DNA from: an uncultured SAR86 cluster bacterium
GTDB lineage: Bacteria; Pseudomonadota; Gammaproteobacteria; Magnimaribacterales; AG-339-G14
DNA length: 64,000 nt
Direction: 5' to 3'
Assembly: GCA_902629465.1 (NCBI GenBank)
Contig: CACOQX010000001.1
Coordinates: 17,632 to 81,631, forward strand
Part shown: positions 10,756 to 20,272 of the stretch, one piece after another
Position numbering within the stretch: position 1 is the first letter of the stretch
Layout of the letters: each line of letters opens with the position of its first letter
Made by a program: the position numbers and the translations under genes
The notes under the pieces: model-generated
Told to the model about the DNA's origin: nothing
Databases searched by the model: none
The model's input: the letters and a program-made list of their open reading frames with translations, nothing else

Positions 10756-11086
10756 ACAAAGCATCCGTTTTAGCGGCTGCTATAAAGTCATTCTTATGCA
10801 ATCCTTTAATTTTGTGGGACCACCAATTAACAGTGACTTTTCCCCATTCCAAAATTATTTCAGGATGATGATCTTCTTCTTCTGCGAGATGGGCAACTCT
10901 TTTTAAAAAATCTAGACCCGAAAGATAATCTTTGAAAGCAAAAGCACAAGTAAGTTGTTCTATACCGTCAACCTCTATTAAATCCCAACCGGGAATTTGT
11001 GGCATCAATGTTTTTCTCTCTTCAAGGGTCACTAGAGGAGCGTCAGCTTTACAAGCTACGCATTTTCCTTCGATAAGTTTTTCCAT
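10745..11086 (-). CDS. phhB: pterin-4-alpha-carbinolamine dehydratase
   Basis: 113 aa with the PCD/DCoH signature around EEEDHHPEI. Its ATG shares nt 11086 with the fumC TAA (TAATG). Confidence 0.85.
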   Translation of the reverse strand: MEKLIEGKCVACKADAPLVTLEERKTLMPQIPGWDLIEVDGIEQLTCAFAFKDYLSGLDFLKRVAHLAEEEDHHPEIILEWGKVTVNWWSHKIKGLHKNDFIAAAKTDALFSE

Positions 11087-12495
11087 TAATTGATTCCACC
11101 TTTAGTTAATTTTGCCGGATTTAATAATTTTTGTAATTTAGCTTTTGATATGTTCGTTTCTTCCAAGGCAACATCGATTATTGCTCTATTTTCTTTATAA
11201 GCTTTTTTTGCTATAGCTGCTGCTTTTGCATAGCCTATGATGGGGTTTAAAGCTGTAACCAAGATAGGATTTTTATCCAAAGATGCTTGAATAGATTTTT
11301 GATTTACCTTGAAAGTTTTTATGGCTTTAGATGCCAAAACATTCATGCCGCCACTTAAAATATTTATGCTCTTTAAAAGATTGTATGCAATTACGGGTAA
11401 CATAACGTTGAGCTGAAAGTTTCCTGATTGTGCGCCAATACTAATGGCAACATCATTTCCAATAACATCAGCAGCAACCATTGCCACTGCTTCTGGAATG
11501 ACTGGGTTAACTTTCCCAGGCATGATGCTACTTCCAGGTTGTAGAGCTTGAAGTTCAATTTCTGATAAGCCTGCCAAAGGACCGCTGTTCATCCAACGGA
11601 GGTCATTTGAGATTTTTAATAAAATAGTTGCTAAGTTTTTTAGCTCTCCAGAAACTTGAACAGCAGTATCTTGAGCACTTAATTCATGAAAAAAATTATC
11701 GCTTGGAACATTTTTGCATTTTCCTCCACTTAACTTATTTAATTCTTTAGCAAATAACTTTGCAAATCTTGGATGAGCATTAATACCTGTTCCAACTGCA
11801 GTCCCGCCTAAGGGCATCTCCAGCATTCTTGTTTCTAAGAACAAAAGAGTTTTTTTTGAATTTTTTAATTGAGCTATCCAAGCAGAAAGTTCTTGACGAA
11901 AATCTAATGGCATTGCATCCATCAAATGAGTTCTTCCTGTTTTTACCAAACCTTTTAAAGAATTTGCTTTTTTTTCAGTAACCTCAATAAGTTTATCCAA
12001 TGCAGGAAGAAGTTTTTTAGTTAGATCCATGTGTGCGCTTACCTTTATTGCGGTTGGAATAACATCATTACTGCTTTGACTCATGTTTACATCATCATTA
12101 GGGTCAATAAGTGTTTTAGCAAATTTGCTAGCCAAATTAGCTATGACTTCATTGGCGTTCATATTTGAACTAGTACCTGAGCCTGTTTGAAAAACATCTA
12201 TCGGGAATTGTTTGTTATGTTTGCTCTGCCAAACCTCTTTTGCAGCTTTTGATATAGCATTGGCCTTCTTAGAAGATATAAGACCAAGTGATTTATTAGC
12301 TCTAGCAGCAGCATCTTTTATAATACCCAGTGAGTCGATAAATGAATTAGTGAAAGGAAAATCCATTTTAATTCCACTAATCGGGAAATTATCAATTGCT
12401 CTTTGGGTTTGTGCTCCATATAAAGCAGAATTAGGAACGTAGACCTCACCCAAACTATCTTTTTCTATTCTGAAACCTTTTCTTTTCTTGGGCAT
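11086..12495 (-). CDS. fumC: class II fumarate hydratase (fumarase/aspartase superfamily)
   Basis: 469 aa with GSSIMPGKVNP. GAQTQR and SQSSND favour FumC over AspA. Confidence 0.82.
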   Translation of the reverse strand: MPKKRKGFRIEKDSLGEVYVPNSALYGAQTQRAIDNFPISGIKMDFPFTNSFIDSLGIIKDAAARANKSLGLISSKKANAISKAAKEVWQSKHNKQFPIDVFQTGSGTSSNMNANEVIANLASKFAKTLIDPNDDVNMSQSSNDVIPTAIKVSAHMDLTKKLLPALDKLIEVTEKKANSLKGLVKTGRTHLMDAMPLDFRQELSAWIAQLKNSKKTLLFLETRMLEMPLGGTAVGTGINAHPRFAKLFAKELNKLSGGKCKNVPSDNFFHELSAQDTAVQVSGELKNLATILLKISNDLRWMNSGPLAGLSEIELQALQPGSSIMPGKVNPVIPEAVAMVAADVIGNDVAISIGAQSGNFQLNVMLPVIAYNLLKSINILSGGMNVLASKAIKTFKVNQKSIQASLDKNPILVTALNPIIGYAKAAAIAKKAYKENRAIIDVALEETNISKAKLQKLLNPAKLTKGGIN

Positions 12496-12573
12496 AATTT
12501 TTTTATTAAAATGGATTATAAATTGTACAAAATATTAAGTTAGAATATCGAAGAATTTTAAGGAGAAGATGAA

Positions 12574-13395
12574 ATGTCAGACGAAAAAGAAATAATACTA
12601 CCTATCGATACTTCTTTAGGGAAACTTCCTCAAAAAACCAAAGGTTCCATTGTTCCAGTTGAATGTAAAACGATGGAAGAAATTAGAAGACATCAATTAG
12701 AAAGACTGGCTGCAGGCTTTAGGATGTTTTCGCATTTTGGTTATGACGAAGGTATTGCAGGACATATAACTTTAAGAGATCCAGAATACCCTCACTATTT
12801 TTGGGTTAATCCTTTTGGAATGCACTTTGGTCAAATCTGCATATCTGATTTAATTTTAGTAGATAGAGAAGGAAATATTGTACAAGGCGAAGATAAGATG
12901 CTGAATACTGCTGCCTTCGCCATTCACTCTAGACTTCATGAAGCGAGGTCAGATGTAAATGCTGCTGCTCATTCTCATTCAATGTATGGAAAATCATTTT
13001 CAACTCTAGGCAGACTTTTAGAACCTATTACACAAGATTCATGTGCATTCTATGACGACCATGTTTTATTCGATGACTATACCGGAGTTGTTCTAGAAAC
13101 CGATGAGGGAGACAGAATCGCAGAAGCACTTGGTGATAAGAGAGCTGCCATTTTAAAAAATCATGGCTTGTTAACAACCGGTGAATCTGTGGATGCTGCT
13201 TTGTGGGCGTTTTTATCCATGGATAGGTGTTGTCAATCTCAGCTTTTGGCTGAGGCCGCAGGACAGATGGAGCGAATTTCTGATGATGTTGCCAAGCTGA
13301 CTAAAACACAAGTTGGCACAGAGATGGCAATGTGGGCTAGTTTTCAGCCTCTTTATGACTTGATGCTTGAAAAAGACGACAGTTTCTTAAATTAA
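12574..13395 (+). CDS. class II aldolase/adducin-domain protein
   Basis: 273 aa with the His cluster AAHSHS and an adducin-head-like pattern. Confidence 0.75.
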   Translation: MSDEKEIILPIDTSLGKLPQKTKGSIVPVECKTMEEIRRHQLERLAAGFRMFSHFGYDEGIAGHITLRDPEYPHYFWVNPFGMHFGQICISDLILVDREGNIVQGEDKMLNTAAFAIHSRLHEARSDVNAAAHSHSMYGKSFSTLGRLLEPITQDSCAFYDDHVLFDDYTGVVLETDEGDRIAEALGDKRAAILKNHGLLTTGESVDAALWAFLSMDRCCQSQLLAEAAGQMERISDDVAKLTKTQVGTEMAMWASFQPLYDLMLEKDDSFLN

Positions 13396-13414
13396 TCAAT
13401 TAAGGGCGCTTAGA

Positions 13415-14518
13415 ATGCCAGAAATTTTTCAGCCTGTTTATTTGGCTACATTTTCTTTTTTGTTTTTCATCAGTCTAATTATTCATTTTTTATTTAGAGT
13501 AATTTTAAAAAGATTAAAAATTGTTGACATACCTGATGGCGAAAAAAAGAAACACAAAAGATTAGTCCCTATCTCAGGTGGAATATCAGTCATGTTTTCT
13601 TTGGTTGTAGTTGGAAGCCTTTATTTACTTTTAAGTTATTCGCAATTTTTAGAGATCTTTTTTGAAACGGAATCTTTAAAAGTATCAACTTGGTATCTAG
13701 ATATGAAAACAGGATTTTTGATTGGTATCACTGGCTTAATTGTTGCTTCTGTTTCTTTCTTTGATGACGTTTTGGAGCTCCCCGTTTGGTTTAGATTCAT
13801 GACCTTAATTTTATGTTCTGGAATAGTAATTGGAATTACTGATTTAAGCCTCACCTCACTTGGAAATCTTTTTGGCTTTGGAGAAATAAAGCTAAATAAC
13901 TTTATTGGTCCAATTTTTACAATCTTTTGTGTTGTAGGTGTAGCAAATGCTTTCAATTGGATTGATGGGTTGGACGGTCTTTTTTCTACTCAGGTTTTAA
14001 TTGCAGCATCTGGAATATTTTATTTTAGTGGTGGAAATGGAATTTTCTTTGCAATATTTCTATTGGCTTTCCTGCCCTATCTTTTGATGAATTTAAGTTT
14101 TTTTGGGAAGAAAAATAGGGTTTTTATGGGAGATCATGGTTCTATGGCAATTGGTTATTCCGCTGCCTGGTTCTTGATTAGTGCAGCTGAAATTGAAGTG
14201 ATGAGTCCTATAACTGCTCCTTGGTTAATAGCTTTAGTTCTTTTAAATGCCTTAAGAGTCATGTTCAAAAGAGCAACTCTAGGGGTATCGTTATTCAGAT
14301 CGGATAGAGAACATATTCACCATTTCTTTTTAGATAATAGCTTTTCAAAAGGTCAAAGCCTCTTGATAGTGACTTTAATAAGTATCTTTCTTACTTTAGT
14401 TGGAATAATGTTTGAACTAAATCAAATATCAGACTACATATCTTTTTATTTCTTCATATCAGCTTTTATCGTTTGGAGCTTCTTAAGTTCCAATTTGAAA
14501 AAAAGATTTGAAAATTGA
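13415..14518 (+). CDS. polyprenyl-phosphate HexNAc-1-phosphate transferase (WecA/MraY family)
   Basis: 367 aa, multi-TM. Motifs DIPDGEKKKHKRLVPISGG, NAFNWIDGLDGL and MGDHGS. Confidence 0.8.
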   Translation: MPEIFQPVYLATFSFLFFISLIIHFLFRVILKRLKIVDIPDGEKKKHKRLVPISGGISVMFSLVVVGSLYLLLSYSQFLEIFFETESLKVSTWYLDMKTGFLIGITGLIVASVSFFDDVLELPVWFRFMTLILCSGIVIGITDLSLTSLGNLFGFGEIKLNNFIGPIFTIFCVVGVANAFNWIDGLDGLFSTQVLIAASGIFYFSGGNGIFFAIFLLAFLPYLLMNLSFFGKKNRVFMGDHGSMAIGYSAAWFLISAAEIEVMSPITAPWLIALVLLNALRVMFKRATLGVSLFRSDREHIHHFFLDNSFSKGQSLLIVTLISIFLTLVGIMFELNQISDYISFYFFISAFIVWSFLSSNLKKRFEN

Positions 14519-14522
14519 AATA

Positions 14523-15122
14523 TTATTTTGAAAGTAATTCTTCTATTTGCCAAAGAGTATCTTTCCCAAAAAACATCTCATCTTCAACAAAAAATGTAGG
14601 AATGCCAAATACTCCTCTTTCCACAGCAGCCTCGGTATTTGAAATTAGTTTGGCTTTTACCTCTGGATCTTGCATTTGAGACATTAATTTTTCACCATCA
14701 AAGCCCGATTCTTCATAAGCTTTCTTTATGACTTCAGGGTCGTCCATTTTTTTTGGCTCTTCCCACATATGGACTAAAACTTTATCAATATAATCCTCTA
14801 AATAACCATCCATTTCAGCTGCAATAGCTCCACGAATAATTTGAAGGCTTATTACTGGAAAATGAGGATTCATTTTAAAATCATTTAGTTCATGTCTTTC
14901 AATGAATCTCTGCATTTCTAAGTTTTGGTACTCATTCTTATTTTTGACGCCAAAAAATTGCTCCATTGGGGGTTTGTTGTTTGTTGCTTTAAAAATTCCT
15001 CCAAGTAAAACAGGGATGTAGTTAACTTCTACGCCGGTTTTCTCTTTAATTTTTTTTATAACTTTATGGCTCAGATAAGCATTTGGACTAGCAAAGTCAA
15101 AGTAAAAATCTATTTTTTTCAT
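14523..15122 (-). CDS. DsbA-family 2-hydroxychromene-2-carboxylate isomerase-like protein
   Basis: 199 aa with the N-terminus IDFYFDFASPNAYL characteristic of the family. Confidence 0.7.
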   Translation of the reverse strand: MKKIDFYFDFASPNAYLSHKVIKKIKEKTGVEVNYIPVLLGGIFKATNNKPPMEQFFGVKNKNEYQNLEMQRFIERHELNDFKMNPHFPVISLQIIRGAIAAEMDGYLEDYIDKVLVHMWEEPKKMDDPEVIKKAYEESGFDGEKLMSQMQDPEVKAKLISNTEAAVERGVFGIPTFFVEDEMFFGKDTLWQIEELLSK

Positions 15123-15125
15123 TTC

Positions 15126-16910
15126 TCACTCTCCTTGTAAACATTTCTCATTATAAAAAGAAATGGCATCTTTTTCATAGGCGTTTTGAACTAAATTGTT
15201 TAGAAATTTACATTTGGTTTTATCCTTTTTGATTCTTGAGTCTGCATACAATCTCTTGAATTCATCAATTCTTTTTAATTCAAAGTTGCTCATGCCAATG
15301 CCTTGGTCATTTTGAGAGTCTAAGATTAAAAATTTCTCTCCTGAGCTCGACCAAGAATTCCATTTTGGTAAATTATTATCTCTACCTTTACCGGGATCTC
15401 CAGAGTAGGCAAATTCAGCCCAATAAGACTGCATGGCAATGGACAATCTAATGGCGTCTGGAAGATTTTCATCATTAAACATAAATCTTTCTATTCCAAG
15501 AAGCTTCATAGTCCCAGTAATAAATGGTATTTCCATAGCATGGGCCGCTCCAAAGATTTTTGAAAAATCCATCCACAACAACTTTCCTTGTTCATCCCAA
15601 TCAAATCTATATGCAAATACATCTTTTTTACCGGAAGAAACCATATCTCTTGCAGGATTATCAACTGCAGAGATTTTCCAATTATTTGAAGCATATTCAG
15701 CTGTTAAGTCATACATCTCTTGATTACGAACAACGATTAACCTATTAAAGAGACTGGTTGAGTAATCGGATTCCATGGCAGCAAAAAGTTTTGTTTCGTC
15801 TCGATTGGTACCAAAGATTACAGGTACATCGTTGTAAAACTTTTTCCTAGAAAATTGCATACCTCGTTTGGGAATGACATGGCCATCGCTTAAAACTCTT
15901 GGAATCATTTTTTTTCCAACTTGTTTAGATTTATCTATTTCTTTGTACACTTTAAAGATTTGCCTTAAATCTAATCCTTGCATTAGCTCTAGAAGCTTAA
16001 ATTCATTCATTGAATCTTGGGCAATATTTGCTTCAAACGAATCTTTAGAACTTTCGGAAGAAACCAATAATTTGCTGATAACTTCTTTTGAAGAAGTTAG
16101 TAAAGAAGATTCTTTGTTATCAAAAAACTTAGATGCTTCTTTTAGATCAAATGTATTAGTTGCCCCGCTTTGAGAAATTGCTTTATGAAAAAGGCCTTTG
16201 GCAAGAGGTGAGCTCAATAAAGCAAAAACATTATGTCCACCAGCTGACTCACCAAATATAGTTACATTATTCTTATCTCCTCCAAAATCCCCGATATTTT
16301 GTTTTACCCATTTCAAAGCCATAATTTGGTCGAGTGTCCCAAAATTTCCTGATTTATCTTCTAGATTGTTAGATGTTGCTGCAAAAGCTGGATGATAAAA
16401 CCAGCCTAAGAAGCCTAGTCTGTAATTTATGGAAACAACAACTAGTTCGTGAGCATTAACCAACTTACTGAAATCATATGAAGCAGACTCTCCAGAGGTA
16501 TTTCCACCTCCATGAATCCAAAACATTACTGGAAGTTTTTTATCTGAAGTTAATTTTTTTGGAGTAAAAACATTTAGATAAAGACAGTTTTCCGTTCCAG
16601 TATATTCACCCTTTCCTCCTCTATCTAGAGAAATAGAAGGGACCTGGGGGCAAGGATCGCTGAATTTAAGAGCCTTAACTATATCTTTTTGCTTCGTAAG
16701 AGCTCTTGGAGCTTTCCAACGCAAACCGCCTTCGGGAGGCTCAGCATAGGGGATACCTAACCATTGATGGCTATTATTCAGTTCGATACCAACATATTTG
16801 CCTGAGATTGAAGAAATAAGTTTGGTTTCTTCAAAGTTTTCTTTTTTTGTTGCATCAATAGCACAAGCTGAAATAAAAATTGTAAAAAATAAAAAAGAAA
16901 TTTTTTTCAT
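15126..16910 (-). CDS. type-B carboxylesterase, probable lipoprotein
   Basis: 594 aa. Signal peptide with lipobox FISAC, nucleophile elbow FGESAGG, and HGGG. Confidence 0.85.
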   Translation of the reverse strand: MKKISFLFFTIFISACAIDATKKENFEETKLISSISGKYVGIELNNSHQWLGIPYAEPPEGGLRWKAPRALTKQKDIVKALKFSDPCPQVPSISLDRGGKGEYTGTENCLYLNVFTPKKLTSDKKLPVMFWIHGGGNTSGESASYDFSKLVNAHELVVVSINYRLGFLGWFYHPAFAATSNNLEDKSGNFGTLDQIMALKWVKQNIGDFGGDKNNVTIFGESAGGHNVFALLSSPLAKGLFHKAISQSGATNTFDLKEASKFFDNKESSLLTSSKEVISKLLVSSESSKDSFEANIAQDSMNEFKLLELMQGLDLRQIFKVYKEIDKSKQVGKKMIPRVLSDGHVIPKRGMQFSRKKFYNDVPVIFGTNRDETKLFAAMESDYSTSLFNRLIVVRNQEMYDLTAEYASNNWKISAVDNPARDMVSSGKKDVFAYRFDWDEQGKLLWMDFSKIFGAAHAMEIPFITGTMKLLGIERFMFNDENLPDAIRLSIAMQSYWAEFAYSGDPGKGRDNNLPKWNSWSSSGEKFLILDSQNDQGIGMSNFELKRIDEFKRLYADSRIKKDKTKCKFLNNLVQNAYEKDAISFYNEKCLQGE

Positions 16911-17000
16911 AAGAACTATTAAAAGGATTTTTGAATATTGAATAAAAGTATATAGTAAAACTTAATTATTTAACTTAATAAAAACAATTTAGAGAGAGAT

Positions 17001-18218
17001 ATGCAAATTTCACCAATACCCACTTTATCTGATGATATAAATGATATTAGATTAAGAACTGCAAACATAGTTGCTGAAAAAATTATTCCAAATGAAAAAG
17101 AAATTTATTCAAAAGGAGAAAATTCTTCTTCGGTTAGAAAAGAAATTAGAGAACAAGTAAAGAAAGAAAAGTTATGGGCACCTCATCTTCCAGAAGAATA
17201 TGGAGGTATGGGTATCGGTTTTATGGCGCATGCTTATATGAATGAAATCCTTGCTTGGTCGCCTCTTTCAAACAGACTTTTTGGGGTTATTGCACCTAAC
17301 TCAGGAAATCAAAAGGTCTTGCTTAAATATGGCTCTGAAGATCAAAAAAAGAAATGGCTCGAACCCTTGATTGCAGGAGAAATGGAGTCAGCATTCTCTA
17401 TGACTGAGCCTGATAATGCAGGTTCCGACCCAAGATCTATCCAAACTACTGCAAAAAAGGAAGGTGACGAATGGGTCATTAACGGTCACAAAGTCATGAC
17501 CTCAAATGGAATCAAGGCAGATTTTGCAATTGTAATGTGCAGAACAGAAGAAGAAGGTGAAGATGGCGAGGTCAATTCTCGAATGACCCAGATAATTGTT
17601 CCTACTGATACGCCTGGATTTAATGTCATTCGTTCTGTACCTATTTGGGGACATACAGGAGGAGATCACGTTGAAATAAAATATGAAAATGTCAGAGTTC
17701 CTGTTGAAAATCAATTAGGTGCAAGAGGAACTGGACATGCTGCAGCTCAAGATAGATTAGGCGCTGGAAGAGTCTTCCACTGTATGAATAGTATTGGTCA
17801 AATGTGGAGAGCTTTTGATCTAATGCTGCAAAGAACCATCACTCGAGAGGTTCATGGTGGAAAGCTGGAGACAAAGCAATTGATTCAAGGCTTTATCGCC
17901 GATTCATACATTGATATTCAAACAGCGAGATTGATGACAATTCATTGTGCTGAAGTTATGGATAGTGAAAATGATCCCAGAGTAGATATTTCTGCAATTA
18001 AAATCTATGTTCCTGAAGCGATGCATAGAGTAGTTGATAGAGCTATTCAAGTTTATGGGTGGAAAGGAGTTTCTGCTGACCTGCCTTTATTTGGAATGTA
18101 TCAAGGAGCTAGGACTCTAAGACTAGCTGATGGTCCAGATGAGGTACATAGAATTTTAATTGCTAAACAAGTCCTAAAAAAATATCACCAAGGTTTATCA
18201 TGGGATTTTGGAATTTAA
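17001..18218 (+). CDS. acyl-CoA dehydrogenase
   Basis: 405 aa with the ACAD pattern (SAFSMTEPDNAGSDP; C-terminal helical domain ending with the RILIAKQVL region). Confidence 0.9.
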   Translation: MQISPIPTLSDDINDIRLRTANIVAEKIIPNEKEIYSKGENSSSVRKEIREQVKKEKLWAPHLPEEYGGMGIGFMAHAYMNEILAWSPLSNRLFGVIAPNSGNQKVLLKYGSEDQKKKWLEPLIAGEMESAFSMTEPDNAGSDPRSIQTTAKKEGDEWVINGHKVMTSNGIKADFAIVMCRTEEEGEDGEVNSRMTQIIVPTDTPGFNVIRSVPIWGHTGGDHVEIKYENVRVPVENQLGARGTGHAAAQDRLGAGRVFHCMNSIGQMWRAFDLMLQRTITREVHGGKLETKQLIQGFIADSYIDIQTARLMTIHCAEVMDSENDPRVDISAIKIYVPEAMHRVVDRAIQVYGWKGVSADLPLFGMYQGARTLRLADGPDEVHRILIAKQVLKKYHQGLSWDFGI

Positions 18219-18667
18219 GATTTTATTATTTTTGCGTCTTTAGCTATATTGTCTTTAAGAAAATCTTTCTGAGACCCTTCAATTTTTACCAGTTTTAAAC
18301 TGGATGATGCGGTAGCAATTATTTCACCTTCTTGATGAAGTTCTGCACTGGCAAAACCAATCGATTTTCCTAATTTTATAATTTTAGATTTACAATCTAA
18401 TTGTCCTGGCCTTCCTGCAGCCAAAAATGAGACGTTTATATCGATCGACATTGGTGTGTAAATGAAATCTGTTAGTTCCATTACTAAAAAAGCCATACAT
18501 GAATCCATCATTACCGTAGTAAAACCTCCTTGAATGATTGTCCCGTTTGAATGGCAAATATCTTCAGTAGCTAGAAATGACATTCTTAAAGACTGAGATT
18601 TGAAATTAATTTCCAAAACTTTCCCGGACAACTGTTTCATATATTCGGGAGTGTTATCTTTTTTCAT
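18215..18667 (-). CDS. PaaI/YbgC-type hotdog thioesterase
   Basis: 150 aa with the motif GTIIQGGFTTVMMD, typical of PaaI-type thioesterases. Confidence 0.7.
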   Translation of the reverse strand: MKKDNTPEYMKQLSGKVLEINFKSQSLRMSFLATEDICHSNGTIIQGGFTTVMMDSCMAFLVMELTDFIYTPMSIDINVSFLAAGRPGQLDCKSKIIKLGKSIGFASAELHQEGEIIATASSSLKLVKIEGSQKDFLKDNIAKDAKIIKS

Positions 18668-20064
18668 TTTTCTTTATTTTGAAATGAGGAAAATACTTCA
18701 ATAGCTTTTTTTCTAGACTCTTTTAAGTCAACTAAATGATTACTATACCCTAGGTCATTTCTTTCATCAGTTGATGGGTCATGAATATTTTTAACAGATG
18801 ATATTTCGGGAACCCATTTTTTTATGAAATCTCCTTTTTTATCAAATTTTTCAGATTGGGTAATGGGATTAAATATTCTGAAATATGGTGCGGCGTCTAC
18901 TCCTGTTGATGCACTCCACTGCCAGCCTCCATTATTTGAGGCAAAATCAGCATCAATCAAATTTTGCATAAAATATTTCTCTCCCTTTCGCCAATCTATG
19001 AGTAAATTTTTTGAAAGATACATTGCAACTATCATTCTAAGTCTGTTGTGCATCCAACCAGTAGAATTTAATTGTCTCATTGCAGCATCAATTATTGGTA
19101 CTCCAGTCTCGCCATTTGACCAAGCAATAAAATGAACTTTATTATCTGACCATGGAAACTCATCATATTTTTCTGAAAAAGATAAATTTTTACTAACTCT
19201 TTGATTATGAAAAAGAATGTATTTATAAAATTCTCTCCAGATAATCTCATTTACCCAAGTCTTGACCCCTTCTTCCTCTTCTGAGAGTTTTTCAAAAACT
19301 TCAAAAAGACATTGCTTTGAAGATAAAACTCCTGAGGAGAGGTAAGGCGAAAGCGAACTTGTTCCATCAATTGCAGGAAAGTCTCTTTTTTCTTTGTACA
19401 TAAGTATTTTTTGAGCAATAAATTCATCTAATTTACCAAGCGCATATTCTTCACCTGCCCTGTAAAGCTCTAAGGTTTTTTTTCTCTCAGCATTTAAAGA
19501 AATGTTTTCAACTTCATCACTTTCTTGAGTCTTATGCTTTTGTTTTTTTGGCAAGCCTAATACTTCAATTTTTTTTGTAAGAAGTTTTGATCTAAATGCT
19601 CTTGAAAATGGGGTGAAAACTTTAAAAAATGTATCGCTTTGAGTCTTGATACTTTCGGGATGAAAAACAGAAGAATCAAATGAGTTGAGTTTTTTATTTA
19701 AATCAATTAATTCCTTTTCTAGATTTTGGTCTCTATTTATTTCATTGATACCATATTCTTTATTAATAAATACTTCGTTTATATTGTTACTTTTTACAAA
19801 CTCAATAACTTTTTGGTTTTCTTCACCTATTCCCTCGGCGTGAATGACTTTAAAAGATATGTTGAGCTCAGTTAATCTTTTAGAAATGTTTTTTAAATTT
19901 TCGATTTGAAAAGCAATTTTTAAATCACTTTCATTATGACTTTGCCATTTTTTAGGGTTATTAATGAACATTGCAACTAAAGACTCACCATTTTCAGCGG
20001 CATGATAAAGAGCAGGATTATCTCTTAATCTAAAATCTGTATTGAAAATAAATAAATTTGTCAT
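18664..20064 (-). CDS. phrB: deoxyribodipyrimidine (CPD) photolyase
   Basis: The ORF-track TTG extension was trimmed to ATG 20064 (MTNLFIFNTDFRLRDNPAL). The FAD-binding C-terminus includes WREFY and NNGGWQWSASTG. Confidence 0.9.
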   Translation of the reverse strand: MTNLFIFNTDFRLRDNPALYHAAENGESLVAMFINNPKKWQSHNESDLKIAFQIENLKNISKRLTELNISFKVIHAEGIGEENQKVIEFVKSNNINEVFINKEYGINEINRDQNLEKELIDLNKKLNSFDSSVFHPESIKTQSDTFFKVFTPFSRAFRSKLLTKKIEVLGLPKKQKHKTQESDEVENISLNAERKKTLELYRAGEEYALGKLDEFIAQKILMYKEKRDFPAIDGTSSLSPYLSSGVLSSKQCLFEVFEKLSEEEEGVKTWVNEIIWREFYKYILFHNQRVSKNLSFSEKYDEFPWSDNKVHFIAWSNGETGVPIIDAAMRQLNSTGWMHNRLRMIVAMYLSKNLLIDWRKGEKYFMQNLIDADFASNNGGWQWSASTGVDAAPYFRIFNPITQSEKFDKKGDFIKKWVPEISSVKNIHDPSTDERNDLGYSNHLVDLKESRKKAIEVFSSFQNKEK

Positions 20065-20127
20065 ATTTTGGTGACAAGACAATGTGTATAGTTGCGCCCA
20101 ACATAAAATTTAACACATCATCTCGCC

Positions 20128-20163
20128 AAAAAAAGCGAGTCTTTTATGGGGGAAAGACTCGCT
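20128..20163 (-). terminator. rho-independent terminator downstream of the 20273..21451 gene
   Basis: Perfect 11-bp stem agcgagtcttt (20134-20144) / aaagactcgct (20153-20163) with an 8-nt loop. On the minus strand it is followed by a T7 run (plus-strand A run 20128-20134). Confidence 0.75.
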
Positions 20164-20272
20164 AAATCCAGATTTAGGAGAGTTTCTTTGGGAGAAAATG
20201 AAAATCTGAATAAAGTATATGATATATAAATAAAATTTATATTGGGTTATAAAATACTTAAATTTAGTTATA

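Noticed and set aside
11086-12495. Alternative call of aspartate ammonia-lyase for the fumarase-family ORF.
   Set aside because: GAQTQR near the N-terminus and SQSSND match my recollection of FumC rather than AspA (GVHTLR, SQSTND). Residual uncertainty is reflected in the confidence.
20162-20177. 16-bp palindrome CTAAATC-CA-GATTTAG in the 190-bp spacer upstream of the photolyase gene, considered as a possible operator. A three-codon mini-ORF (ATG AAA ATC TGA) lies nearby.
   Set aside because: It lies upstream of, and overlaps, the terminator stem of the preceding gene, so it sits in a 3' UTR rather than a promoter. An AT-rich 7-bp arm palindrome is expected by chance, and no second copy was seen.
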